Program-made: the position numbers and the translations under genes
Shown here: positions 1-11,819 of the stretch, piece by piece
Layout of the letters: every line of letters begins with the position of its first letter
Position numbering within the stretch: position 1 is the stretch's first letter
Source: Octopus bimaculoides
Lineage: Eukaryota
DNA: 46,584 bases
Direction of reading: 5' to 3'
NCBI RefSeq assembly: GCF_001194135.2
Contig: NC_068983.1
Location: forward strand, 23,919,755 to 23,966,338
The notes under the pieces: generated by a model
What the model saw: the letters and a program-made list of their open reading frames with translations, nothing else
Database searches by the model: none
What the model was told of the DNA's origin: nothing

Positions 1-145
1 TATATATATATATATATATTGGCGCGTTCACATGTGTACACACACACTCACACACATACATAGAGCGGTACATGTATGAATACATAGATTACATATTTTT
101 GAGTGAGACGTGTGTTTATGTATATATGTGTAAAGCATATGTGTA

Positions 146-357
146 TCAGAGGGTGCTGAAAAATTCCTGGCTTTCAGGGTCTAATGAAAGGCATGGCTGG
201 AGGCATAAACCTTCCGAGTTCTTTTACAGGGCTTAGAAAAACCGAAGGACCACTGCAATAACCATGTGAATCAGAAAGGGGAATATGTTGAATAAAACCA
301 AAAATGATCCTCCTCTATTTTCTTTTAGCCAGAGCCAGCAAATTCTCAACACTGTCT
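146..357 (+). mobile_element. mariner-derived MITE (TIRs plus last codons of the transposase)
   Basis: Left end GGGTGCTGAAAAATTCCTGGCTTT matches the reverse complement of the right end (AGTGTTGAGAATTTGCTGGCTCT). The interior reads like a frameshifted mariner C-terminus ending in GGGGAATATGTTGAATAA (GEYVE*). Confidence 0.75.
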
Positions 358-456
358 CCAGAAGTACAAACAAATTTACTGTAACAATGAGGTCTAAATT
401 CATGACTGTGGTTTCAATGGTCCAGTACCTTAATGACATGGTCACTGTACTTCACA

Positions 457-458
<2 letters not shown>

Positions 459-523
<65 letters not shown>

Positions 524-540
524 CACGCACACACACACAT
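459..540. repeat. (GACA)n then (CA)n microsatellite
   Basis: Directly visible. Confidence 0.97.
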
Positions 541-719
541 GCAAATTTATGTTATATGTGGTTGGTGTATACAAAGGTCAGTATCATGAAAATTCGACAC
601 ACACACACAAACACACAAGTTTGTAGTACTTATGAAAATATAGGAGTAATTGTTAATAATAATTAGATATGAAACCCTAGGCAACAGCGCCATATAATTC
701 AGTGTACACTGAGACAATA

Positions 720-855
720 CTCATACACACACACACACGCTCTCTCTCTCTCATGTATAAATATATATATATACATACATATATATATATATATTTCATA
801 TTATATATATTTACCTCTATATATATGTTTGTATATTTATATATGTATGTGTGTG

Positions 856-897
<42 letters not shown>

Positions 898-1055
898 CGA
901 ACACACACGCACACACACACACATATATATATATATACATATATATGTATATGCATATATATATGTATATATATGTGTATATATATCTATATCTATATCT
1001 ATATATCTATATCTATATCTATATCTATATCTATATATCTATATCTATATATATA
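720..1055. repeat. compound (CA)/(TA)/(TATATC)n microsatellite running into an assembly gap
   Basis: Directly visible; N gap 1056-1981 follows. Confidence 0.97.
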
Positions 1056-2044
1056 NNNNNNNNNNNNNNNNNNNNNNNNNNNNNNNNNNNNNNNNNNNNN
1101 NNNNNNNNNNNNNNNNNNNNNNNNNNNNNNNNNNNNNNNNNNNNNNNNNNNNNNNNNNNNNNNNNNNNNNNNNNNNNNNNNNNNNNNNNNNNNNNNNNNN
1201 NNNNNNNNNNNNNNNNNNNNNNNNNNNNNNNNNNNNNNNNNNNNNNNNNNNNNNNNNNNNNNNNNNNNNNNNNNNNNNNNNNNNNNNNNNNNNNNNNNNN
1301 NNNNNNNNNNNNNNNNNNNNNNNNNNNNNNNNNNNNNNNNNNNNNNNNNNNNNNNNNNNNNNNNNNNNNNNNNNNNNNNNNNNNNNNNNNNNNNNNNNNN
1401 NNNNNNNNNNNNNNNNNNNNNNNNNNNNNNNNNNNNNNNNNNNNNNNNNNNNNNNNNNNNNNNNNNNNNNNNNNNNNNNNNNNNNNNNNNNNNNNNNNNN
1501 NNNNNNNNNNNNNNNNNNNNNNNNNNNNNNNNNNNNNNNNNNNNNNNNNNNNNNNNNNNNNNNNNNNNNNNNNNNNNNNNNNNNNNNNNNNNNNNNNNNN
1601 NNNNNNNNNNNNNNNNNNNNNNNNNNNNNNNNNNNNNNNNNNNNNNNNNNNNNNNNNNNNNNNNNNNNNNNNNNNNNNNNNNNNNNNNNNNNNNNNNNNN
1701 NNNNNNNNNNNNNNNNNNNNNNNNNNNNNNNNNNNNNNNNNNNNNNNNNNNNNNNNNNNNNNNNNNNNNNNNNNNNNNNNNNNNNNNNNNNNNNNNNNNN
1801 NNNNNNNNNNNNNNNNNNNNNNNNNNNNNNNNNNNNNNNNNNNNNNNNNNNNNNNNNNNNNNNNNNNNNNNNNNNNNNNNNNNNNNNNNNNNNNNNNNNN
1901 NNNNNNNNNNNNNNNNNNNNNNNNNNNNNNNNNNNNNNNNNNNNNNNNNNNNNNNNNNNNNNNNNNNNNNNNNNNNNNNNNCCCTCCCCCTCCCCTTCCC
2001 TCCCATCCCCCCTCCTCATGCATTTATATGGCATCATCATCATA

Positions 2045-2300
2045 ATCGTTTTAACTCCCACTTTTCTGTGGTTGCATGGATCAGATGAAATTCATTGAGC
2101 CAGATTTTCCGTGACCAGCTGCCATTCCTATCACCAAGTCTCATCTGCTTCCATGTAAGACTTAATTTCCCATGATGCTCCAAACATGAACAGTACAAGA
2201 GCTGGACACCATTTTACAGAATATTGCAGATGAATGGCATCAATTGTATGAGAGTGACAGTTTACAATCAGCACAGATCTCAAAACAAGGAGACATGGAC
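2045..2300 (-). mobile_element. diverged SINE fragment (same family as 17700-17860)
   Basis: Shares TTTAA..TCCAC/ACTG.TT, GCATGG.T.AGA, GTTTACAA.T and CAA.ACAAGG.GAC blocks with 17705-17855. Confidence 0.55.
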
Positions 2301-2334
2301 ACACACACATACACATGCATACACATACACATGT

Positions 2335-2502
2335 TGGGGTGCTGAAAAGTTCATGACTTTAAGGTTATTGCAGAAAGCCTGGTTGGAGGCCCAGCCATCC
2401 GAGTTCTTTCACAGGGCTGAGAAAAACTGAAAGACCACTGCAATAGTGGGTGAATATGAGGGGGGAATATGTTGAATAAAATCATAATTAACTGATTCTC
2501 CT
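2335..2502 (+). mobile_element. second copy of the mariner-derived MITE, right TIR missing
   Basis: GGGGTGCTGAAAAGTTCATGACTTT start. The interior encodes EKLKDHC...VNMRGEYVE* and aligns with 150-315. Confidence 0.75.
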
Positions 2503-2854
2503 TTCCAGGGGGCCTTCTGACAAATTCTTGCTTATTAGAAAGTGAAACAGCCCATATTACACAATGAAAACTTGCTGTCGACAGCCAAAGGAGGACAATC
2601 CCTTGTTATTGACATTGAGTAGCAAGGTCCTTTTCTCTTCCATATGCTAGAGAAGCCACCCACTAGAAAGGCCTTAAGCCAACAGGTTTTGGGATCTGGT
2701 GATGTGAAACCCAGGGTAATCCCCTAAGCTGGCCTTATCAAACTTTATCTATATACTATATTGCTGGTGTCTGTACAGTTTTTATAAATAGATCAGAGAC
2801 AGAAAATGGAATTTTGTAAATACCATTTTCTGTCTCATATATATATTCTTTTAT

Positions 2855-3115
2855 TCTTTTATTCCTTTGCTTGTTTCAGTCATCTGACTGCAGCCATGCT
2901 GGAGCACTGCCCTGAAGGTTTTTTTTTAGTCAGATAAATTGACCCCAGAACTTTTTTTTTGAAAGCCTAGTACTTATTCTATTGGTCTCTTTTGCTGAAC
3001 CACCAAGTTTTGGGGACATAAACACACCAACACCAGTTGTCAAGCAATGGTGGGAAGACAAAGACACAAAGGCACACACACATAAAAATATACAGATATA
3101 TATGTGTGTATTGAC
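2855..3115 (-). mobile_element. SINE family A, 3' half
   Basis: CTTGTTTCAGTCAT.TGACTG..GCCATGCTGGAGCAC...CTAGTACTTATTCTAT.GGTCTC block, recurring at 9460, 16545, 26165 and 30920. Confidence 0.85.
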
Positions 3116-3144
3116 ACATGAGTTTTTTTTTTTTTTTTTTTTCC

Positions 3145-3995
3145 GAACGAGACCGTTGCCTGTGCCGCTGGACTGGCTCATGTGCGGGCGACACATGATA
3201 TCTTTCAAGCGGGATCATTGCCGGTGCCCCTGGACTGGCTCTTGTGCGGGTGGCACATAAGATGCACCATTTTGAGCGTGACCGANNNNNNNNNNNNNNN
3301 NNNNNNNNNNNNNNNNNNNNNNNNNNNNNNNNNNNNNNNNNNNNNNNNNNNNNNNNNNNNNNNNNNNNNNNNNNNNNNNNNNNNNNNNNNNNNNNNNNNN
3401 NNNNNNNNNNNNNNNNNNNNNNNNNNNNNNNNNNNNNNNNNNNNNNNNNNNNNNNNNNNNNNNNNNNNNNNNNNNNNNNNNNNNNNNNNNNNNNNNNNNN
3501 NNNNNNNNNNNNCCATGCTAGCATGGAAAGCGGACGTTAAACGACGACGATGATATATATATGTGCTGTGCGTGAGAAGACCCGGCAAGCCAAGTGAGAT
3601 CGTTGCCAGGGTCCCTGGACTGGCTCTTGTGCGGGTGGCACATAAGATGCACCATTTTGAGCGTGACCGATGCAAGTGCCGCCTGACTGGCCCTCGTAGG
3701 GTTCTTCAAGCAAGATCGTTGCCAGTGCCCCTGGACTGGCTTTTGTGCCGGTGGCACATAAAAGACACCATTTCGAGCGTGGCCATTGCCAGTACCGCCT
3801 GACTGGCCTTCGTGCGGGTGACACGTAAAAGCACCCACTTCACTCTCTGAGTGGTTGGCGTTAGGAAGGGCATCCAGCTGTAGAAACTCTGCCAAATTAG
3901 ATTGGAGCCTGGTGTTGCCATCCGGTTTCACCAGTCCTCAGTCAAATCGTCCAACCCATGCTAGCATGGAAGGCGGACGTTAAACGACGATGACA
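3145..3995 (+). mobile_element. SINE family B copies with internal ~70-bp tandem repeats, split by gap 3286-3512
   Basis: Repeated GCCAGTGCCCCTGGACTGGCT...GGTGGCACATAA unit and 3' end CCATGCTAGCATGGAAAGCGGACGTTAAACGACGATG; same 3' end at 12570, 35108 and 37995. Confidence 0.85.
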
Positions 3996-3999
3996 TACA

Positions 4000-4165
4000 T
4001 ACGCCGGGTTTCTTTCAGTTTTCATCGATCAAATCCACTCACAAGGCTTTAGTTGGCCCAAGTGACCCAAGGCTACGGTAGAAAACACTTGTCCAAGGTG
4101 CCATGCAGTGTGACAGAATCCAGAAGCATGTGATTGAGGGGTAAGCTTTTTATCATACAGCAACA
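4000..4165 (-). mobile_element. SINE family A, 5' half (tRNA-like head)
   Basis: CAAATCCACTCACAAGGCTTT...CACTTGTCCAAGGTGCCATGCAGTG, diverged relative to 16820-16965. Confidence 0.75.
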
Positions 4166-4302
4166 CATGTATATATATATATATATATATATATCGTTTG
4201 AGATCTCAGATTTTTCCTGAATCTCCCTGATTCTTTTAATGTGCTTGTTACCTGGTATTAAATTGATATTAATTAATATCCAATTTTTTACCCTATTGTT
4301 TA

Positions 4303-4347
<45 letters not shown>

Positions 4348-4781
4348 TGCATGCGCGCCTTCATTTTGGGATCACCACTACATTATTATCTCCCCTTCTT
4401 CCTAGCTCTCCTGTGTGATAGATCGCTAGCCACTACACATTCTTTATTTTCTCTCCTTGTTTCTTTTTGTGTTCCTTTCTGTGGAGNNNNNNNNNNNNNN
4501 NNNNNNNNNNNNNNNNNNNNNNNNNNNNNNNNNNNNNNNNNNNNNNNNNNNNNNNNNNNNNNNNNNNNNNNNNNNNNNNNNNNNNNNNNNNNNNNNNNNN
4601 NNNNNNNNNNNNNNNNNNNGTAAGCTTTTTATCATACAGCAACACATGTATATATATATATATATATATATATCGTTTGAGATCTCAGATTTTTCCTGAA
4701 TCTCCCTGATTCTTTTAATGTGCTTGTTACCTGGTATTAAATTGATATTAATTAATATCCAATTTTTTACCCTATTGTTTA

Positions 4782-4826
<45 letters not shown>

Positions 4827-4965
4827 TGCATGCGCGCCTTCATTTTGGGATCACCACTACATTATTATCTCCCCTTCTTCCTAGCTCTCCTGTGTGATAG
4901 ATCGCTAGCCACTACACATTCTTTATTTTCTCTCCTTGTTTCTTTTTGTGTTCCTTTCTGTGGAG
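4141..4965. other. 346-bp sequence duplicated on both sides of gap 4487-4619 (probable scaffolding artefact)
   Basis: 4141-4486 is identical by eye to 4620-4965 and each copy abuts the N run. Confidence 0.85.
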
Positions 4966-5081
4966 GAGCGTAGGCTCAAAACATTAAAGACTTTTTCACT
5001 TCCTGAGTGTTAAACTAATACATCTGTTTGTTGTCTACACCACCTGTCTTTGTCTTTTGTGTTTTTTTGTGAATTCTCTCC

Positions 5082-5082
<1 letters not shown>
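4830..5082 (+). mobile_element. Penelope-like 3' terminal segment with degenerate hammerhead motif
   Basis: CTTT-CTGTGGA-G-GAGCgtagGCTC-AAAA-CATT-AAAG at 4954-4989 has hammerhead layout, followed by a pyrimidine-rich tail ending in (TA)n. Family assignment is inference. Confidence 0.5.
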
Positions 5083-5126
<44 letters not shown>

Positions 5127-5136
5127 ATAAGATTAC

Positions 5137-5187
5137 CTGCCAATACTTTAAAGATCGAACTATCAAACACAAACACTCTTTTGATGA
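5137..5187 (-). CDS. candidate 51-nt exon, unidentified
   Basis: CTTTTCCATCTCAG|...TTGGCAG|GTAATC; two open frames (SSKECLCLIVRSLKYWQ or IKRVFVFDSSIFKVLA). Confidence 0.2.
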
Positions 5188-5577
5188 CTGAGATGGAAAA
5201 GCTGTCATATCTGGTTTTGAAAATCTTCTACCATTCTATTTAGCATATCTTCGAAAATCTTTATGTGCCAGCATGTTTGAAACACAGTATTTTATGAAAT
5301 TGCATTTTTGAAACCAAGAATTATTATGTGAAGATTTTGAACTCATATTTTTTTGCTGATATCGGGCATATATAACTATGAAATATTATAAACCCATTTA
5401 TTTCACTAATAGGTAATCCACCTCCTACATAGAACTAAATCCTATTTAATTTGTATTTATTTTGTCATGTAAAAAGATTGGATCAATTCTTATTCATATT
5501 CAATGTTCTTCATGTTTTTATTTTGACATAAATCACGTGTTTATTTGTATTTGAATACCTTTTATGTACTATGTTAC

Positions 5578-5614
<37 letters not shown>

Positions 5615-5829
5615 TATATATATATATTTTATATATCTATGCTAGCATATATCAGATAAAACTAATTGAGTCATGTTATCTATGGCTGGGTGCCTTGCCT
5701 GTCTTAAATTGTTTTCAAGAATCCTTATATACAATACACATGCATACACCACACACATACACCACACACAGACACACATATGTGTATGTATATATATATA
5801 NNNNNNNNNNTATATATGTATATATACCA

Positions 5830-6530
5830 AGTTGATTCATACATTTTTGTGTGCTTCAAGCTCTAATAATGGTACAAACAATTTACATACCAAAAGTGGT
5901 TAGTCATCAAAATATATCCCATCATATTCTATTGTCTGTTGCCATCATTGTACCAGAAACTTAATTCCACATTTATACCTTTTGGATGGTTTTGAGCCCC
6001 AAAACTCCCTGCACTCATTTTCAGCCTCATACACATTGTCAAATTTCCATCTGTGCTGGAAATGAACCATTGCTTGGAAAAGAGGGTAATCTGTTGATGC
6101 AAAGTCTTGAATGTAGACAGGGTGATGTAGCACTTTCGGTCCCTCAAGTTCAAGTTTGCACTTGGTCCCATTGGCAGTGTGTGCTGGAGCATTGTCATGT
6201 AGGGGAGTGTGCATCTTTGATTGACCAATGCTTGGCAGTGAGCTGTTGAGCATAAAGGTTAGCATTCACAAAACGACCACCTGAAACAAATTCAAAGTGC
6301 AAAACTCCCTTGGAATTTCAAAAGATACACAACATGACTTCTGTTCAAACTGCCCTTGCTTGACAAAAGGTTCTGAACTCTGGCTAGAATGAATCCACTG
6401 ATTTCTTTTATTAGGATTCACAAATATAGATCCATTTATCATCCCCAGTTACAATTCACTGCCAAAAATGTGCATCGTGAGGGTATACTATCAGCTGTTT
6501 GCAAATGTTCATGTGTCATTGAGATTACAT
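5830..6530 (-). mobile_element. mariner (DD34D) transposase pseudogene
   Basis: With frameshifts the minus strand reads IVTGDDKWIY, VMLCIF*NSKGVLHFEFV, VNANLYAQQL, LHDNAPAHT, HPVYIQDFASTDYPLF and ends IEYDGIYFDD*. These are the canonical mariner catalytic motifs. Confidence 0.92.
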
Positions 6531-7195
6531 TTTTGTGTAGACATAAACCCACAAGTAGACATAATTCAGGAGCCCAACAATTACACATTTTTGCGTTGCT
6601 ATCTATAAATTTTGCTTAATTAATATTATTTGGACTTGTATGGGGTATCCTATAGTGATGTACGCATTTAGTTGTTTGGAGTTGAATTTTATTTCTGTTT
6701 GTAGATGTGATAATTGAACCCAAATTAGGTGTGGTAGAGTAAGATAATTTTATAGAATATTTATTAAATAAAGTGTAGTATTTATGGTTCTTGGGGAAGT
6801 TTAGTTTAAGAATTTTGAAGAACAGTTTTAGTAGATTTTTGGCTCTGAGAGAAAATGGTGGGGTGAACCAAATAATTTGTTTTTTCCTAGATTTAGAGTG
6901 TGTTACCCCATCAGAGTGTTCAGATGTAGAGGGACTATATTTATTACGATTACTGGCATCGTGATTATAAAATTTAATATGGTTAACAACCAGTTTTCTT
7001 ATAGGTTTATAATTTAAGGAGAGCATTTTAGTTGCATCAGAACTACTGTGAGGTGTTAAATTAGCTAATTTGATTTTTAGTTTGAGATTTGATGATATGC
7101 CATTAAGCTAAGCACTTTATGGGCATGAGATCCAGGGTAATCCTATCAATTAGCCTTATCTAACTTTATTTATATTATATACTGCTCTATAACCT
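6530..7195 (-). mobile_element. Penelope-like element fragment (RT-thumb/linker and start of GIY-YIG region)
   Basis: ORF 6616-7026 contains RKKQIIWFTPPFS...KLNFPKNHKYYTLFNKYSIKLSYSTTPNLGSII, followed by CNC...LC...LCLHKNVI, typical of the PLE linker. Confidence 0.85.
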
Positions 7196-7523
7196 AGAAT
7201 GTGCTTCTTTTTGGGATTCATGTTTTACTGCCAACGTATATATATACATATATATATANNNNNNNNNNNNNNNNNNNNNNNNNNNNNNNNNNNNNNNNNN
7301 NNNNNNNNNNNNNNNNNNNNNNNNNNNNNNNNNNNNNNNNNNNNNNNNNNNNNNNNNNNNNNNNNNNNNNNNNNNNNNNNNNNNNNNNNNNNNNNNNNNN
7401 NNNNNNNNNNNNNNNNNNNNNNNNNNNNNNNNNNNNNNNNNNNNNNNNNNNNNNNNNNNNNNNNNNNNNNNNNNNNNNNNNNNNNNNNNNNNNNNNTATA
7501 TATAAAAATTAATATAAACAACT

Positions 7524-7910
7524 AGGTGCAGGAGTGGCTGCGTGGTAAGTAGCTTGCTTACCAACCACATGGTTCTGGGTTCTGTCTCACTGCATGGCAC
7601 TTTGGACAAGTGTCTTCTACTATAGTCTTGGGCCGACCAAAGCCTTGTGAGTAGATTTGGTAGACAGAAACTGAAAGAAGCTCGTCGTATATATGTATAT
7701 ATGCATGTGTGTGTGTTTGTGTGTGTGTGTTTGTCCCCCCAACATCGCTTGACAACTGATGGTGGTGTCTTTACATCCCTATAACTTAGCGGTTCGGCAA
7801 AAGGGTCCGATAGAATAAGTACTAGGCTAACAAAGAATAAGTCCTGGGGTCGATTTGCTTGACTAAAGGTGATGATCCAGCATGGCTGCAGTCAAATGAC
7901 TGAAACAAGT
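7524..7910 (+). mobile_element. SINE family A, full length (tRNA-derived head, CCTTGGGCAAGT-type core, internal microsatellite)
   Basis: AGGTGCAGGAGTGGCTGCGTGGTAAG (A box), GGGTTCTGTCTC (B-box-like), ...CAGTCAAATGACTGAAACAAGT tail. Confidence 0.9.
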
Positions 7911-8287
7911 ATCAAAGCACATAGATTCCTAGAAATAAGAGTTAAAATACTTTTAATGCTGTTGGAAGCATGCAAATGTATACACACATGCTGAACAGGG
8001 AAGGTATCAACCCCATGTCTGACTCAAGAATCCTGAGACTAGATGTCTAGTTTTGCCTATTCTGTAGGCATCTTCAGTGAGGACCACTTGAACAACACAT
8101 GTCTGGCTAATTCTGCCTGTCGGTATATATGTATTTACCATAAAAATTTATGGATTATTTAATGGAATGCTAATGTGCATAAAAAAGATTAATATAAACG
8201 GCTAGGTGCGATGTGATATCATAGAGATAAAATTCAATGGTCACTAAGCGTGACTAAGCGTGCATATACACATACACACACGCACAC

Positions 8288-8329
<42 letters not shown>

Positions 8330-8984
8330 NNNNNNNNNNNNNNNNNNNNNNNNNNNNNNNNNNNNNNNNNNNNNNNNNNNNNNNNNNNNNNNNNNNNNNN
8401 NNNNNNNNNNNNNNNNNNNNNNNNNNNNNNNNNNNNNNNNNNNNNNNNNNNNNNNNNNNNNNNNNNNNNNNNNNNNNNNNNNNNNNNNNNNNNNNNNNNN
8501 NNNNNNNNNNNNNNNNNNNNNNNNNNNNNNNNNNNNNNNNNNNNNNNNNNNNNNNNNNNNNNNNNNNNNNNNNNNNNNNNNNNNNNNNNNNNNNNNNNNN
8601 NNNNNNNNNNNNNNNNNNNNNNNNNNNNNNNNNNNNNNNNNNNNNNNNNNNNNNNNNNNNNNNNNNNNNNNNNNNNNNNNNNNNNNNNNNNNNNNNNNNN
8701 NNNNNNNNNNNNNNNNNNNNNNNNNNNNNNNNNNNNNNNNNNNNNNNNNNNNNNNNNNNNNNNNNNNNNNNNNNNNNNNNNNNNNNNNNNNNNNNNNNNN
8801 NNNNNNNNNNNNNNNNNNNNNNNNNNNNNNNNNNNNNNNNNNNNNNNNNNNNNNNNNNNNNNNNNNNNNNNNNNNNNNNNNNNNNNNNNNNNNNNNNNNN
8901 NNNNNNNNNNNNNNNNNNNNNNNNNNNNNNNNNNNNNNNNNNNNNNNNNNNNNNTATATATATATATACACATATATATATATA

Positions 8985-9414
8985 TAGGGAGCGGTGAATA
9001 AACTGTTGTCTAAATTACGCAAAAAGGAAAATAATACTGACATGTCATTTTAACAGATATATTTACAAATATTATTTTAGCTAGTTTAAAGTGTTTTCTT
9101 TTGTGCCATAAACCATTTTCATTTTTGTGGTGCCCCCATCCCTTGCTGCCATTAGCACGTGGTTATTTTACTTAATGGTTAATCCAGCGATGATTATGGC
9201 ACCATTCACCAATTTAAACAAGGAGACCGTCCAGAAGAGTTGCAGAAGATTCTGAAGTTGTTGGGAGGCCAATGGCTATTTTATTGAATAAATTTACTCT
9301 TTAGTATTTCAAGATATTTTAATATTATTTTAGTAAATATATCTGTTAAAATGAGATGTCAGAGTTATTTTCATTTTTGCGTAATTTAGACGACAATTCA
9401 TTCACTGCATCCTG
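8985..9414 (+). mobile_element. Tc1-type MITE/deletion derivative with ~85-bp TIRs and TA TSD
   Basis: 8985-9070 matches the reverse complement of 9330-9414 (..GTCTAAATTACGCAAAAA.GAAAATAA..CTGACAT.TCATTTTAACAGATATATTTAC). TA flanks both ends. The interior encodes ETVQKSCRRF...EANGYFIE*, a Tc1 C-terminus. Confidence 0.9.
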
Positions 9415-9429
9415 TATATATGCTCATTA

Positions 9430-9752
9430 CTCTTTACTCTTTACTCTCTCTCTCTTTTACCTGTTTCAGTCATTTGACTGTGGCCATGCTGGGGCACCGC
9501 CTTTAGTCAAGAAAATCGACCCCAAGACTTATTCTTTGTAAGCCTAATACTTATTCTATCGGTCTCTTTTTGCCGAACCGCTAAGTTATGGGGACGTAAA
9601 CACACCAGCATCGGTTGTCAAGCGATGTTGGGGGGGACAAACACAGATGCACAAATATATGCACACACATCCATATATATATATACATATATACGACGAG
9701 CTTGTTTCAGTTTCCATCTACCAAATCCACTCACAAGGCTTTTGTCAGCCTG
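9430..9752 (-). mobile_element. SINE family A, partial (ends at gap)
   Basis: Near-consensus match to 16545-16860. Confidence 0.9.
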
Positions 9753-10569
9753 AGNNNNNNNNNNTATATATATACACACATACACACACACACACAAATA
9801 TATATATATGTGTGTACACACATACCATACAAGGCTAATATATATGTGTATTTTTCTGTACTTATAGTTTTACTTTTGCTTGCAAACATACATTTCTAAA
9901 AATTGATTATCCTCATTCTGATAGTAAATGAAAATCCTGTGTTAGAACATTTTATCAATTTCCAAGTGTATGTACTCATTTAGTTACAATATAAATGGAA
10001 TTGTATCTATTACAGTTGTAAGAGTTCATACATGCGCACACGTTATGCATCCATAGCTTACTGAATCACGTGCCAAAAATTCTAATGAAAATAACTTAGC
10101 TGAACAATTTCATTATTCAACTTAGATATAAGTGTCATTCTATTTAATCATATCTAATGAAACATTTATACTAACATAATAGTGCTATAATTACATAGCT
10201 GTTTATTTATCAGTGCATCATTTTTGATTTAAAATTATATAGTTAAATATATTTTTTCAAGTACAAATATTTTTCAATACGTAAATTTCTGTACAAATAC
10301 ATTATATGTACAGTGTATGAAGCATATAAAGAGATAAGTTTATGTAGGTTTTATCCCTATAATCTATTAAACATATGACTCTATTATCTGCTATGAGAGC
10401 TATAAAATATTGTATTTAACTTAAAGCATAATTTAATTTATATATACATATTTTATATGGATGTCTGTATATATATGTGTGTATATACATGCATACATAT
10501 ATATATATGTGCATTTGTGCTATATATATATTTTATAAAAGAGTTATGTGTGTGTTTATAAGTGCGTGA

Positions 10570-11155
<586 letters not shown>

Positions 11156-11819
11156 GTATATATGCAGTTATGTATTTCATCTATCTAGGTAATTTAGTAT
11201 GTAGAATTATATGTATCTTTATTCTTGTTTTATTCTTTTTCAAATTTGTTGGGAGATTCTATTTGGGAATTATAATCTTAAGGTCTCCATTTTTTGTTTT
11301 ATTCTGTTCCATTTTGCTCATTTCATACATTCCTACAATTTAGCAATAAAAATCTGAAAGCTTTTCCAGATTTCTATTACTCATGCATACGTAGTCAATT
11401 CATGAAATTATACATTCTATGGAACCTTTCTCAGTGACATTTATATGCCTTTTTAAGTATTAACTGACACACACAATCAAGCGACCCCTTACACATATAC
11501 CATCTTGTCACAAACCACCCTACACATATATCTATTTCCCTTTTTGAGTTTCATTGACCATTAAAGTTTCTACTGTAAATGATATTTATGTTTCAAATAT
11601 GAGTATAGATCACATACCAAAACCCTTATACATTCCTAATTTACATATAATATGTTATATTATCTACTATTTATAGAAGATGCATGTACCTATACTTTAA
11701 GGCTGGTTTTGTTGTTTATGTCAATAAAAACTAGTGTAATTCTTGCATGAATTTTCCCTCTTCCTTTAGTTTTGAAACATCAAGCCTTTTTAAACAATGA
11801 AATGAAAATTCTACTTTCT

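Noticed and set aside
1982-2015. C-rich tract (G-quadruplex potential on the minus strand)
   Set aside because: It is a low-complexity edge of a gap with no context suggesting function.
702-2098. Long ORFs (330-447 aa) in the ORF track
   Set aside because: They consist of microsatellite translation plus N gap. The same applies to the ORFs at 3.2, 4.4, 7.2, 8.2, 24.5, 32.3 and 40.4 kb.
4141-4965. Apparent 346-bp tandem duplication
   Set aside because: The copies are identical and each abuts the N run, typical of unmerged contig overlap.
5861-5898. Plus-strand micro-exon candidate (AG...GTTAGT)
   Set aside because: It lies in the 3' end/TIR region of the minus-strand mariner, just past its stop codon.
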